Positions 1-13,800 are shown, counted from the stretch's first letter. The stretch: 64,000 nucleotides of DNA from Yuukianura sp. NJ FZ-2021 (GCA_046563655.1 CM102288.1:3410001-3474000), one strand, 5' to 3'. Numbers and translations: made by a program. The notes: a model not told the origin generated them from the sequence alone.

Positions 1-457
1 CATTCGTACTCTATGCAATGAAGTGAACTTCCTACAAAAGATTCAGTAAAGATTCAAAAACAATTTTCAAAAAACATTTCCAAAAATTTCTAAATACATT
101 TCATGTTTTAAAAAAAATGCTCATCGATTTTTTTTTCTGTTGCACGTTACCCCATTCGGAATGCTTTTCGTCTTGAGCTTTGTAGAATTTGACTTGGAGT
201 GAAACAACCAGTGACCCCCCACCACCCAACTGGAAACCAAAACATCAAAGGTCAACTTTGAAAGGTCAAAGGTCAACTTTCCAAAAAGTAGTTAATGTGT
301 CAATATCATAACCTGGATGACGAGTGGTATGTCATGTCTCACACCATTTTTTGATACGGGTATTCCAAATGTAGGGTAAAACGCAGAGTAGGCCGAGGCA
401 GTGCTATCTCTTGACTTCTCCGAGCATTCCAGATCCTGGTTTTGTACTTGCAGATTC
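1..457 (-). CDS. Unidentified spliced protein-coding gene, 5' portion; continues beyond the window start
   Basis: Three GT-AG bounded minus-strand exons (457-313, 229-151, 31-<1) splice in frame to ...NLQVQNQDLECSEKSRDSTASAYSAFYPTFGIPVSKNGVRHDIPLVIQ|LGGGGSLVVSLQVKFYKAQDEKHSEW|GSSLHCIEYE... with no stops. A candidate start exon ends ATGGT|gtaagt at 3597-3593 and is phase-compatible (inference). Family not recognised. Confidence 0.7.
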
Positions 458-3400
458 CTAATTCAGATTAAACATAACTGTCAATGCCAATTTTGACAGT
501 ATTGGCACACATGTCACACGTCAAATGTCAAAAAAGTTGACCTGAGGTCACGCCAGCATCATCATTCATGACAGACAGCCTAAACATATCAATTTTCCAC
601 AAGAAAATTTTCTTTTCAACCGATTTTCGAATCACATCTGCTGATCATCTCACAGATAAAAGAAAAGCCGAATTATGAATGTTTGTCCTCAAGCGTCAAC
701 ATGAAACACACGTACACGTCTTTGTACACGCTTTTTTTACGTGTTGAAATCAGACGTGTGTGTGTGTCTTTGCGTGGAGTTAATTGTCATTTTAGTTTTA
801 GCACCCGAACTTTCCCTGCGGAGAAAGTTATTAACCCATCAGACGATGAAACATGCGATGCACTACGGAGATTTCCCGCTCTTTGCAAAAGCCATTTTCC
901 GCTTTTAACTTTCACTCCTGTCACGAACTTCCTCCTATTCTTCATTTTCAAAAAAAAAAATCAAAAAAGCGGTTTTGAAAAAATAATTATCTTGTTTTGT
1001 CAAAAAGTGTTGTTGAAAATCTACTTTCCATGGAATAGCATCAGTCAATTCCATTTTGAGTTTTCGTTTTCAATTTCCATTTTGGAAGAAGTTTGGATAA
1101 TTCGAAGAGACATGCCAAAAAACAGGGAACCGCCAAAAACCAATTTGCAAATGCGAAAACATTATTTGGAGTAGGAGAGGAAACAGACGCTAAAAATAAA
1201 CCGGGCCTGAGTAGAACAGAAGTCGTCTTCCGCACAAAACGACTTCCTTTTGTTCTCTTTTGAACAAAAACGGAATGTCACCGTTGTTGCTACTCCGGAG
1301 GAGGAGGAGGCCGGAGGTGGAGGAGGAGGAAGGTAGGATCCGTTTTTACGGAGGATGTTATGTGGTTTTAGGCTTTTGTGTAAGTTTGTTCATCTGTCAA
1401 ACCATGATTGATGCGTTTCGGTTTACTACAAACTACACTCTCTCTCAGTTAGTGTACTCCAAGGTTTCTTCGCTGCTTTTTATGTTTTTGAACATGAAAA
1501 AACGAAAAGTTGTTTTGAAAACTGTGCTTCTCTTTTTCTCTGTTGTGGTTTTAGAAAGCTAAATGGCACTTTCGGAATGATTGGAGCGTAAATTCGATTA
1601 TTCTCAAATTCGTTTAGGGTTGCGAATTTCAGACTTTCACTTTTAAAGAATCTTCAGTCAAGTCAAAATTCAAAATTTCTTCCCACGCAAACTTTTCAAA
1701 AAAAAAATTTAGTTTCAAAAATCTGCCTTCTGAAGCTCGTAGCTTGTCACGATATCTTTGGATTTGACTTTTTAATTTCAAACGGGATTTCGTAATTTTA
1801 ATTTTCAAAAATTAATCCGCGGATTTCATGATTTCAAACTTCAGATACATTTCATCAATTTTTTCCAATTTTTTTTCGGCAATGTTCAGAAACCCTTGTT
1901 GACTAAATTGCTGTTGACGGTTTGTGTGTTGACCGAATGACTTCCTGTGGACTGTTGGCGTGTGGTTGCCTGAATTTGATTTTGCTATTAAGGAGTTCGT
2001 AGTGGCAGTGGGGCTTTTGAGGAATTTGTGCTGGAGGAAAGTGATCTTGTGGAAGTTGGACAGGATGAATAAAGCAGAGGAAGTCAATGAATAAATAAAA
2101 TTTCACTTTCCCCAACTCCAGCTTTCTCCTGCTCAAGCAGCTTTACGTTTTCAGGGGCTAAAGGATCGTAAAAGCTGTAAGCCTCTTTTAGAACGCCTGG
2201 TAGGGATTGAACCTACGGCTTCCAAAAACAGAAGCGGTGGAAGTCCGCGAGAGTCCAGAAACATTTCTGGACTTTCCCCTGCTTTCACTTTGCCGCTTCC
2301 CCACTCCTGTAATTAAATTATGACCAACTAACAACAGCAGAACAATGAACAACTTTCTCCGCTTTTCTTTGAGGCTTCATAACTTAAGTAAAGGTTTCAT
2401 AACATAACTAACCTAACCGTCACTAATTTACCTACGGAGGTACAAAAGAAACAATTTTGTTAGAAGTAATTATAAAGGACCTAATTTCCCAAATTGACTT
2501 TCACTTGTCTTTTGTCTTACCCAAAGAAGCCGTTTTTCTAAACAAAAATGTCAAATTTGCATACAAATTTCAAAAAAGGCACGCCAAATTTCATTTTCCT
2601 CCTGCACAAAACAATTTTGAAATGTTTTTCTTCAAAATGAAATTTTCCCGCACTTTTCCGACATTGACTTGGTTTAGTTTTTAATAAAAATTGAAGGCTA
2701 CGAAAAATGGCGAAAAATGTCAGATCAAGTACAAACATTGCAAAAACTAAATTACTGTAATTCTGCTAACTTTCCGTGAGTAAAAACGTTGCAAAATTGA
2801 GTTGTGCAAATGAATGAGCAAAGTTAAATTGTGGTGCATTTTTGGCAATATTAAATTGGGGTCATGCGAATGTGAAAGGTCATGACACGAATCCAGAAGT
2901 TGACGTTTGTGACTGTGTTGATTTGGTAAGTCACATTTTTCCATGGAAGGAAGTGACTCATTGACTTTGTGCAGACTCTAAATAATCGACTACTGTGATG
3001 GTCTGGGTAACTGAGCAAGAGAAAGTTGGTGTGATTATGTACATAAAACAATGGAATTTTCTCCCCTGTTGTTGTGTAAGACTAGAGGTTGTGCTAAAAC
3101 GAAAGAAACTCGTTCCACTCAGAGTGACACGGACATTTAAGAGCAAACCAAAACTTTCACCTTACGCCAACTTTTCATAGGCTTTCACCACCACACACTT
3201 AAAAAAACAACCCAAAACTTTGTTCCTTTGGCCAAAATACTGCAGCCTTAAGTTCAAAATATTGCAGCAAATGGCACAAACTCTTGATTTGGCCATGGTG
3301 ACCTTTGACCTGAGCTTAAAATTCTGTACGACCAAAAGTATTCTGAATCGATAACCGAGCAGAAACACCTAACTTCGGAAATGGCAAAAAATAAATCATT

Positions 3401-5625
3401 CGAAAATGCGAAGAGGTTTTGAGTGGCGGAAAATTCAAAATTGTTTTTTTTTTTGGAAATGACAGTTTGTTGAAAGGTGCTCAACAATTTTGAATATTAA
3501 GCGGGAAGTTAGCCTGTATTTAGTGGGGTGACAGTTGACGCTGAGGCGGTGTCAAGGTCAAGGTCAAATGTCAATTTTTGGTTTTTACTTACACCATAGT
3601 TTGTGGTGGCTTGAATGAAATGTCAATTCGGTATGACGTATCCACTGAGAGCTTCAAAAGTAAAAGAAGTAGTAGGTCACCGAAGGAGGAGAGAAAGCGG
3701 ACATGGGAGAGACAATTTTGGAAAAATTTTGAAAACTTTTTCAATTAAAAAAAGTTTGAAAAAGTTTTCAAATACAGGATGCAATACGTCAACTTGTTTT
3801 TGTTTTGCATCGCTTTGCATCCGGTTAAGTAAATAACATAACTTTTTGACTTTTCTTTTGGAGAAAGTCCAGTCTCTCGCATCTCCAATTTTTGCAAAGT
3901 TGAAATTTTGAAAACAGCGACTCATCATCGCTCATTGATTCCCTTAAGGGTCCTAGGGAGCTTGAAACGTCTTCCATCTTGTTTCATGTACACCACTGAA
4001 GGGTCCACCCCTTCCTTCCTTATAGACAAGGTCACCTAAACGTCAAAATTCAAAATTTTAGAATTCGAAATTGATTTTTCCATTTTTCAAAACTTGGCAC
4101 TTCTTGCTTCACTGCATTTTCTTTCCCTAATGATCTCCTTTTGCCAAGTACAAATTAGAGGTCGTAAATCACTTCATTTAGAACAAAGAAAACTAAAAAC
4201 CTACGCTCAATTCTGACTAATAGGGTAGCACAATTCGCGAGTGCACAAATCTGGTGCGAATCTTTTGCAAAAATGCAAATTCACCAAGTTTTGGCAAAAT
4301 GTTTGACTGCTTCTTCCGATTCCCATTTCCAGTTGAGTGCCGAAGAGTGATTTATGATGATGTGTCGGGAACAGGTAAACTTTCTCCCGCGCTTTCACTT
4401 TCTGTTTTGGAAAGATGATCTTGTCTAAGGTAACGAGAAATGATTCCCGCGAGAATTCTAAGGTATAAAAAGAGAACTTTGTTCCATTTTTGTAACAAAA
4501 TTGGTTCAACCAATCTCCTCCGCTTTCTCTGATGTCTCTTCACATTACTAATTCATTTCTGGAAATTCCTGGGTTAACCAAATCCCCAACTTCGACATCA
4601 AAATAACTTTCACCTCCAGTTACTCAAAAACGTCAAAAAGTCTAACATAACTTTGGCAAAAAAAAGTTGAATTCTAAATTTTGCTTTTTTCAAGTAAAGC
4701 TTGAAGAATTTTCTGCCTTTTTTAAACTTTCCCTTCTAAGCATTTACCTTCCATTGAAGAGCTTTGTTTCCGCCGATGAGCTAATACAGAAAAAAAAAAG
4801 TTTTGAAATTTCATTTTGTACACAACATTTTCCATAAAAGTTTTGTTTTGAGTACCTTGAGTGGCCCTTGAACTGGGTTGAGAGTCGTACAAGACGTGGC
4901 GCTCATCATTTTCAAAATCCAAAAAAACTAAACTTTCACTTTTTTCAAAATCGCTACCCACCCACAGCCCCTTAAAAACAAGCGCTGGCCACCCACCGCC
5001 CCCCACGTTTCTGATTTTTCACAGTTTACACATTTTAGAACGTTTTTACACTACAAAGTTTGTTTTAGAAAACGTTGTTAGATTCAAGGGCTTTTGAATT
5101 CTCTGAAGGAGAAAGTTTCAAAATTGTTTCCAAACAAAACGAAAACTCTGCAAGAGAAAATTTCCGTTTTCTTTGTAAGATTTTGCTCACATGAGTTGAA
5201 TAATTGAGTTGAGCGTTGGGTTTGAGGGCTGGAAGGAGACTGAAAGTTGTGTTTTTGTAAGAAAGTGAAACAGGTAAAAGCTGTGTTGGAATTGCATGGC
5301 AAAGATCCGTTTGCTTTCCCCGTTCCACTGGAAACCATACACTAGGCGCACCACTAGCTAAAACGGAATCCCGTCTTCAAGATTTTCTGGGCTGATAATA
5401 AAACTGGGATTTGACGGGGGGAACTCCGTCAGGGGAACTTACCCCACCCGGGGTAAAAATCCACCCACAAAATCAAGACGTCAACATTCCACACATCTTT
5501 ACTAAGGTAAACTGCTGAGGTAACTTTCAAATACTTGCGCAACTAATTAACAAAGTAATTAGTTAATTAACAATTTTTAATTACTAAACCATTTGTGAGA
5601 TCAGTGAAATTTCACTTTTGATCCT

Positions 5626-8132
5626 TCACAGTTTCGGTGTAGTTCTGACAATCGTGCCATTGAGTAGCCTGCTACCCGCTTCAGTCACGGCGTCGGTCAA
5701 GGTAGCGTTGATCAGTACAGACCGCGGCGGTGCAGTGCAGTACGGCATAGGGTGACCGTGGGAACAGTTTGAACTTTGACCATTGACAATCAGCATGATC
5801 AGCCCCACTGTGGACACTAATATTCCAAACGTCGCAATTCCAATTGCCGGAAACTTTTGTTTGCTCCAGAACCTCGACGGGTCTAATCGAATGAAACAAA
5901 GTGCTGGCAGTATAAATGCCAGTGGAACGGCTGCCAGTACTCCGTTCAGTTCCAGTACAATTCCCAAGCAGTCAGTGGACATCGATATGACATAGGCCAG
6001 GAGAACAATGGACAGAGTAATGCTGAAGTGTCTGGAGGTTGTCGACGGTTGTTTCTCTTTGAACCAAAAGTTTTCAATGACATCCCGGACAACGAAACAC
6101 TCCAGGGGGAATGTCAGTAGAATTGTTATACAAAACAAAAAGCGGGATACGTTGATGAGGTCATCGTCCCAGCAGTAGTTTTCTAGCAGGTCACCTTGAA
6201 CCAAACCCGTGAATGTCGCGTATCCGCCAAGCGAGAACACCAAACTGACCAAAAGTGACATTCCTATGGAGACATGCGTCACTTTCTTCCATTTTGACTC
6301 TGATGTCTCCTCCATGGATCCGTAGATCATAAAAGTGTTGTGGTGACACATAAACGCAAAGGCAAAAACGCCGCAGGCTTGAATCACTCCAGTATTTGCA
6401 AATTTCCAAGCATTTTCGGTCCAGGGCCTGGAAATATTGAAATTGTTTGTTGAAGAAAGTTGAAAAAATTGAAATTTTAAAAATTTTTGAAAACTTACTG
6501 AGGATTGGTTTCCAGTCGAATGAGAATTGAAACCATGATGAATGCAATGGAGATCAGAGAAAACAGTGAGACTTTGGACAAGCGTGCGACGTTTCTGTAG
6601 AGTGACAGAGGCAGAGTGACGAAAATCGTGGCGAAGAGAACAACGGCTTCTCTTTGGTACGTGACCTGCGCAGGGTCAGAGGTCATGTAGACCAATACTT
6701 TGGTCAGAGTGTCTCCTACGATGATGTTGTATGATATCATGGCTATGAGGGGATACACTAGCTGGACAACTGAGAGAACGTAGAAGCCTGGTCTGCCGAA
6801 AGCTGATTCCATCATGCCCTGATAGGTCAATGACCCGCTCAAGTGACCTGACCTGACCATCAGAACTAAAGAGTAGTCTGTGATATAGGCCACGAAGAAC
6901 ATCAGAATGAGGCCTAGACCGACGCCGGCTTGATGAAGTGCATAGGGCATACCTGAACAGATTCAAAATTGTAAAGTTTGAAAAACTTTTTTGAAAAAGT
7001 ACAAAATTTGATTTTTTTTTTGAAATTTTACCAATGACTCCGCTGCCAAGAATTGAGTTGATGTAATTGAAACTGGCATGGGCCATTGTACTTTGCGGTG
7101 GAGCACTTGCACCTCCGTTGCCTTCTAGATCGTCCTGTTTCGTTTTTTGACAAAAGAAAAGTTAGTTTTTAGAAAATTTTGAAGAAAAAAAAATGGGCCT
7201 ATTTTTTTGGAAATTCAGATTTTTCAAGTTCGACGCCACTTTCTGTAAAAGTTTTAGTTTTGACGATACTTTTTGAAATAATTTTTAGTTTTATAGTGAA
7301 ACGCGAGAAAATTTGACATATTTTTACACCATTTTTTTTTAATTTTGACTTAATTTTGACCTTTGACCTGTTGAGATTAGAGTTCCAAATGTCAAATTTT
7401 TTAACAAAACTTACCGTAGAAGAAGACTGGACGAGTTGACTCATGTCAGTTTCCGGCCGAGGTCGAAGTGGTGGCGGGAGGGACTCCATTTCAGTAGCTC
7501 CAGAATTCTCTTGTGACTTGACCTTTGACCCACTCTTTTTCGCGGTTCCAGTTCCAGCAGCGTTCAGCGATGCCAGTCCAGCACTTCCACTAGTTTTGTC
7601 ATTTAGCGGCTAGAAGTGAAAGAAATTGAGATGTCAAGGAATGCCTGGAATTTGTCCTGATCTTTGTCATCCCGAAAATTAAAAATTCCAGGAGACTCTC
7701 ATCCCGAAACCGTACTTTTCCTTTAGATCACAGCAAATCAAGAGCAAAAAACTTGGAGAATTAGTGAGGTCAAAGGTCACACCAAAACTTACTGTCAGTT
7801 TTAGTTAATCTGCATGTCACGGTTCAGTACAACTCAAAATTAGAAGTAAAAATCAACTGGATTCTAATAAAAATACATCAACTAAATATCAAAGTCCTCA
7901 AAATCACTTGACCTCTAACCCGACAGTTAACTTTGTGCTGACCTTTGACCTGTCGAAGTCTCGCTTGCTTCTCATTGGAAACTTGGACGCTAGTTACCTT
8001 GGTTTTCAGAATGTGACTTTTTTCTGTAGGTCTATTTTGATTTGTAGTAGCCGTCTTTGAGCCAGAACGTGAACTTTGTTTTTCGTTTTTGTTCTTAATG
8101 GAGTCACTTTTCCCGGGATCTTTGGAACTCAT
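5626..8132 (-). CDS. SLC38A11: Putative sodium-coupled neutral amino acid transporter 11 (SLC38/Aa_trans family)
   Basis: Exons approx. 8132-7998, 7609-7414, 7135-7032, 6951-6498 and 6428-5626. Family motifs FNYINSILGSGVIGMPYAL, FAFAFMCHHN, GYATFTGLVQGDLLENY and LLTFPLECFVVR; multiple transmembrane segments. Confidence 0.9.
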
Positions 8133-8259
8133 ATTGTTTCGAAACTCGAAATTTGGAAATTCTTCACTTTACTTTAAAACTTTGTTTCAAAATTGGTCTA
8201 AACGCCGATTCTGAAATCCGAAGTGTTTCTCTTGGTACCAAACGCTGGGACTAAACTTA

Positions 8260-9404
8260 GGGTGCATTCACACTAGACAAAAAGTATCTAGGAACAAGTT
8301 CCTAGAAACTTCGGGTAACTTTTTCGTGTTTCGAGGTTTCTGTTCACATCTACAAAAATTTTCGAGGAACTTTTCCGTGAGGAACTAGGAACAAGTTTCT
8401 AGGAACAAGTTCTCCCAACTTTCCATTTTTAGATGTGAACGCATCTAGGAACTTTTCCTTTTTCATTCCTTCATATCAGCTGTGTCGACACAAACTTATA
8501 TAATTAAAAACGAAAGTGCAGCATAATGGTTGCTTATACTGGCACATCATGTTAAACCATAATGTACTACTATAGTAGCATCTAGTAGTAACCTATAGTA
8601 GTAACCTAGTAGATTGACCTTGACCTGGAAGGAGGTCATCCTGGGTTACGGTAAGGTTAAGCCATAGTACTCACGATTCGGGTTTCAACTGTACTAATAT
8701 GGTGGTAAAGAAAGGTCACAACTGGAGGACAACGACCATTCGAGTCATCTGGGTCGACCCGGTTACCGTCTCTTCACTTCTGTCGTAGTACAAGTATTCT
8801 GTAATACCATTTCATACTGAATTCGAAACAAACGTAGAAACAAAAGTAGAAAAGTGGGGGGACCCACTGACCCAGTGCTTACTATTATCGGACGTGATGT
8901 TGCACAAGCAGTTGGTTCTGTAGTTAACGTTAATCAAATTCTGAAAAAGTTAATTAATCAGAATTAAAATTTAATGAATTTAGAATTTTCATGAAGTAAT
9001 CCTAAACACGGTACTTTTCATTTCAAAAACAGAGCAAATTTTAATGAATTGAAAATGGGTTTGAAATTAGCGGGTCGACCCGAAAAAGAAAAAAAAAACT
9101 TGAAGTGAGGCAATGTGAGACAAGATGAGCCAATCAGGAGCGAGTAACTTTTTTGGAGAAGAAAAGTTGAGTGATCGCTTCACTCACCAAAAGTTCTATG
9201 AACTTTTGGTGCTAGCACCAAAAGTTCATAGAACTTTTCTGCCAAGTGTGAACAGGAAAGTTTCGGGAACACGAAACTCGTGTTGCTAGGAACTTCACGA
9301 AAAAGTTCCTAGCAACTTTTTCTCTAATGTGAACGCAAGTTACCTGAAGTTCCCGAAACAAGTTCCTTGATGCTAGGAACTTTTGGCCTAGTGTGAATGC
9401 AACC
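8260..9404. mobile_element. Non-autonomous PIF/Harbinger-like DNA transposon (MITE-type), 1145 bp
   Basis: Left end GGGTGCATTCACACTAGACAAAAAGT versus reverse complement of right end GGTTGCATTCACACTAGGCCAAAAGT. Direct TTA duplication at 8257-8259 and 9405-9407. Many subterminal AGGAAC/GTTCCT repeats; no transposase ORF. Confidence 0.88.
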
Positions 9405-10306
9405 TTAGTTTGAGTTGTACAATTTTTGAGACTTTGACACTGAATTCAGAGGTGTGAAGTACTCCAGCCCTTGACACGAACTAAAAGTACAGATGAATTG
9501 GATCTAAGTCTATTTGAATTTGATTAAAAGTCCAACTGCGGGACTCTCACTTCTGTATCTCGAGAATCTCCATTGTACTTGCACAGAAGAAGCCACCAGT
9601 GGTATTGGCAATAGCCACAAAACATGATTCAACCACCAGCCTGTTGGAGTCCTATCGCCAAATTTCTCTCCTTTTCCATCTCCCTGTGTTATTTTTGCAA
9701 AATTTTCTGCAAGGGAGGATTTGGTTTTCGCAAAAAAACAGTTAGCTCAGGTAGGCGGTGGAAATGGAACAATAACCTCGCTTCCCTTGAAAAAGTTTCA
9801 TGCTAGTTTTTGCACGGTCCAATTCTTAAGGCCTAATTGTTGAAATCACCCCCGCACGCCCCGTGCTATTCCTAAACTAACTCTTGGAATTCACAAAGTC
9901 ACTGAAAATTAGGCTTCATCCTAACCCAAATCTAGATTTGAGACTGAAAACATGATGTTGCATTTAAGTAAGTACTCGAAGCGAGAAAACTAACTAATAA
10001 CCATTAGGAATGAGAGGAGTTTTGAAGTTAACTAGCAATTGATTACTAAATAATTAGTTGTATAATTAAGCATACTGATTTTGATAACAGAGTCAGGCAA
10101 AGTTGCGGTTTGCAAGTATACCTAGCACGGACATTGTGGTTTAAGCTGGAGACTTCAACTGAAATGCGACAACTGATAAACAAGGACATGTATAATAAGT
10201 TTCTAGGAAAAAAGGTTGAAATTGAAAAAATAGCAAGTGAAAAAATTGATCAAAACTTTGAGAAATTTCTGAATTTTGCAGAAATTCTTTTATTTATAAA
10301 GTAATC

Positions 10307-10517
10307 CGGTGTAACGATCCAATGTAAAGCAATGAAATCCAGTGTAACGCTAACCCATTGTAAGAACATGGAATCCAGCGTAACGTTCACGTTACTTTGG
10401 GTTTCATAACGTTGTACAAAACCCAGTGTAACGTAGCTTAGTAACAGCGTAGTAACACTCCGAATTCCATTTTATTGTAACTTCTAAAATGTAACCATAC
10501 AAAACTCAGTGTAACGC
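10307..10517. repeat. Cluster of about 5 short repeats related to CCAGTGTAACG
   Basis: ccggtgtaacg, tccagtgtaacg, tccagcgtaacg, cccagtgtaacg and ctcagtgtaacg within about 210 bp upstream of VPS50. Confidence 0.5.
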
Positions 10518-10889
10518 TGTGCTGTGCAATTCAGGCGGTCTCACAATGCCTCCGATGTGGTATTTCATTCCCGCAAAATTTAAATTATGAACTTTTACTT
10601 TTCAATATGCTTGCTAAAAAGTTGAAAACCAAACACAAAAATAATTTTTTTAGAAAAGTCAGATAGGAGCCAGTTGGTATTTGATCGTTAAAGGTCAAGG
10701 GTCAAATTTGATCCTCATTGCAATGTTAATTGAATTAGAGGATGAGAAATAAGTCATGTTAGAAATTGAGCCAGGTCACAGGGAAATATTGACAGATTTA
10801 ACTGAAATTCTTCTATACCATCGTCTTCGTCATCATCAAAGTCTATGGTGTCAGGAAATTCTGGGTTTGTCGCTCAATTCAATTTGCAA

Positions 10890-13800
10890 ATGGATTTCAA
10901 ATCTAAGCTGAAAAATATACTGCAGAAGGAGGTTAGTGACTTTCGCTAGTTACTAATTAATCAATTCATTTCGTTAATCTTCGAATTGTTTTCTGTTCAG
11001 GGAATCAAGAAGGTGCAGAATGCTTTAAAACCGAATCTCAAGTCAGCTGAATCGTTATTTCCTCCGGTCCAAATCAAGCACTTTTCCCGTGATGCAGAGA
11101 CAGAAATCAGAAGTCATCCGAGTGATCCTACTGCTGACGAGGCCATCTTGGAATCCATCAATCCCATATTCTTTACGTCTACGTTTGACCCTAGCTTATA
11201 TGAAATGCTGGTAAGCTTGTTAAATGGACATCCTCCAGCATTTGGGAAAATGTTTGATTTAATGCTGTGGAACGTTTGCAGAAGCTGAAGGATCCACTGG
11301 ACATTGAGGACTTGACGGCATCTCGGCAACGGCTGTTGAAGGAACTAACTGTTGTTTCTAAGCGAGTGTTTCAATTGATTCTGGAGAAACAATCGGGTTA
11401 TTCCACTGAAATACAGAGGTGAATCCACTCACTCAGTCAATTTGTGTACGATTGTCACTGATATTTTTTGTTTTCAGAGTTCGGGAAATAGAAGATGAGT
11501 TAGTTGCAGCAATTTTCACTTGTCAAGAAGCTCGTCGTGACCTTGGGCTAACCCGCAAGGAATTTACATCTAAAAGTCTAGGTCTGTTAGCAAATCATCA
11601 TAAACGACAAGCCGACAAAGAGTTACTTCAATCTCTCAAAACTATCCATACGCTTCAAAGTACTGAGACAAGACTACATGAACTTTTGGCCGAAGACAAT
11701 TACTTGGGTGCTATTCAACTTCTACTAGAATTTCAACAAACAGCTGAAACGTACAAGCATTTCACATGTATCGCTGAACTGTCCAAGAAGCTTCTGGACA
11801 CAATGGAAACCGCAGAGGAACAACTCGACGTAGCTTTATCCAAGGTACTAACATTGCACTACTAAAAATGCACAAATCTTTTTATAATTTTACAATAATT
11901 TTAATAATTCTAGGTTTGTATACATTTTGACGAGCGACACTACGCAAAGTTACAACGAGCCTATCAACTACTGGGCAAAACACACACATGCGTGGACCAA
12001 CTGCTCATGCATTACGCCTCTGCTATTCACAACACTGCGTTTAGTGTTGTTCACGGTTTTGCTGAACTCTGTCGATCTGCTTATGATCCATTGACTAATC
12101 TACAGAAAAGGCCATATCCAGACTTGTGTGCTGTAAGTTGAAATACTTGGACTAGTTGGCTAGTAATATAGGTAAAGTTCATGTTTTGAGTGACATTTGT
12201 TTTTGTAGTGTCTGAGCCAAGACATTTTTATTCCCTGTTTGGTCGACTTGTGTAAAGCAATGTGGAAGATTCTCGTCAGTTACCATCGACTGCTGACTTG
12301 GCACTCGTCAGAGTCAACTAAACAAACACTACCGTCTGAATCCTCATCTCCACTCGGTTACACGGAAGAGTTGGACGGAAGTGAAGAATATGTTGATCAA
12401 AAGCTTCAGCACGGATCGTCCCGGATATGGCAAGACATCCAAACCAAAATCAAAACATTCCTCCTTGCCTGTGATTTCTTTGGATTCAAAATTGACGACT
12501 TTATGAGAATCCTTTCGATTGTTCACACGTAAGATTCATTTTCTAAGCTAAAAGTGATTAAAAAGTTTAGATTAATTGCCAATGAGTTGTTGATTTTTAG
12601 ACTTCGTGTTGTGGGACGTGAGTTTTGTGCCAGTGAGTCTGAGAGCCTTCGAGACTGCATAAGGGAAGCGAGTCTTCGCTATTTTCTGAAGTACCACCAT
12701 TCCAAATTAGAGGAACTACGAATTTTTATTGAAAATGAAGGATGGGAAGTGTGTCCAGTTAGATCTGATTTTGATATTCATAAATTACAGGTAAAACAGT
12801 TGATGTTTTTGACATTTTTTCTTCTAAATTGTCATGATTTTGTATGTTTCAGGAGTTTAAATTTCTAAAGACCTGCAGCGATTCCCTCCATTTAACTAAC
12901 GGTGGTGGACCACCAGTGGAAGTCAGTTCCTCTTATTTCATTAACTTTGACGAATCTGGATCTCCGTTTGACATAGCAAAAGACACATCTGAAGAGGATA
13001 TTTATGCTGCTGCGAAGGTAAACTAACGACTCGAAATCAAATTTTCCATTTCTGTTGACCTTTGACCTTTCATTTGTCATTCAGGAGCGACCTAAGAGAA
13101 GTCAAAGCAAAAGTCCAAAGTCAAGGTCAGGCTCAGTCGGAGATCAGAACAGCCTGGACGAAGAAGATGACGGGGAAGATGCAGATTCAAGGACAGAAAG
13201 TGAGCTGGAATGTGGTTCATTACCTCCAATAACAAACACTTCGCTAACCATACTTCGACTTTTTGGACGGTAAGATCTGACTTAAAGCTTGAATTTCGTG
13301 TTCAAAACGTTTGAAAATGACAAAATTTTATTTCTACAGGTACCTGAATTTGATGCATTTGCTCAAACCCATCGCCCATGATGTTGCGATTGCAATGAGT
13401 CAACTGTTTGAGTACTACATTTACTCTGTCTTCCTCTTTTTTGGTTCCGAAAATGTGAGTTTTAGAACAACAATTTTCAAAAATCGTATTTTAAATGTTT
13501 GATTTTGATCAGGGTGAAATCATCATCGACAAAATTGCGAATACTCAACTTCGTGAGGGTCTCAAGAAGATTCAAACGCAGTTGATTCTAGTTGGTGACG
13601 AAGAGGGTGACCATGAGGCTGTGAATCAAGGCAGTACAAAGGTAGATTTTGCATTCATGTTTTTGAATTTGAGTTTGAACTAGTTTTTTGAACTTTGGAA
13701 ATTTTCAGATTCCCGAACCGAACGTATCTCCAATTTTGAATCTCAGCAGGGAAGAGGATCTGTTCGGTCTGCCGGAGAGAGTGGTTGCATCTGAGTCAGG

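Noticed and set aside
683..1562. ORFs 683..1174 and 1260..1562
   Set aside because: Non-ATG starts and composition driven by A/T runs and a GGA microsatellite; no recognisable protein.
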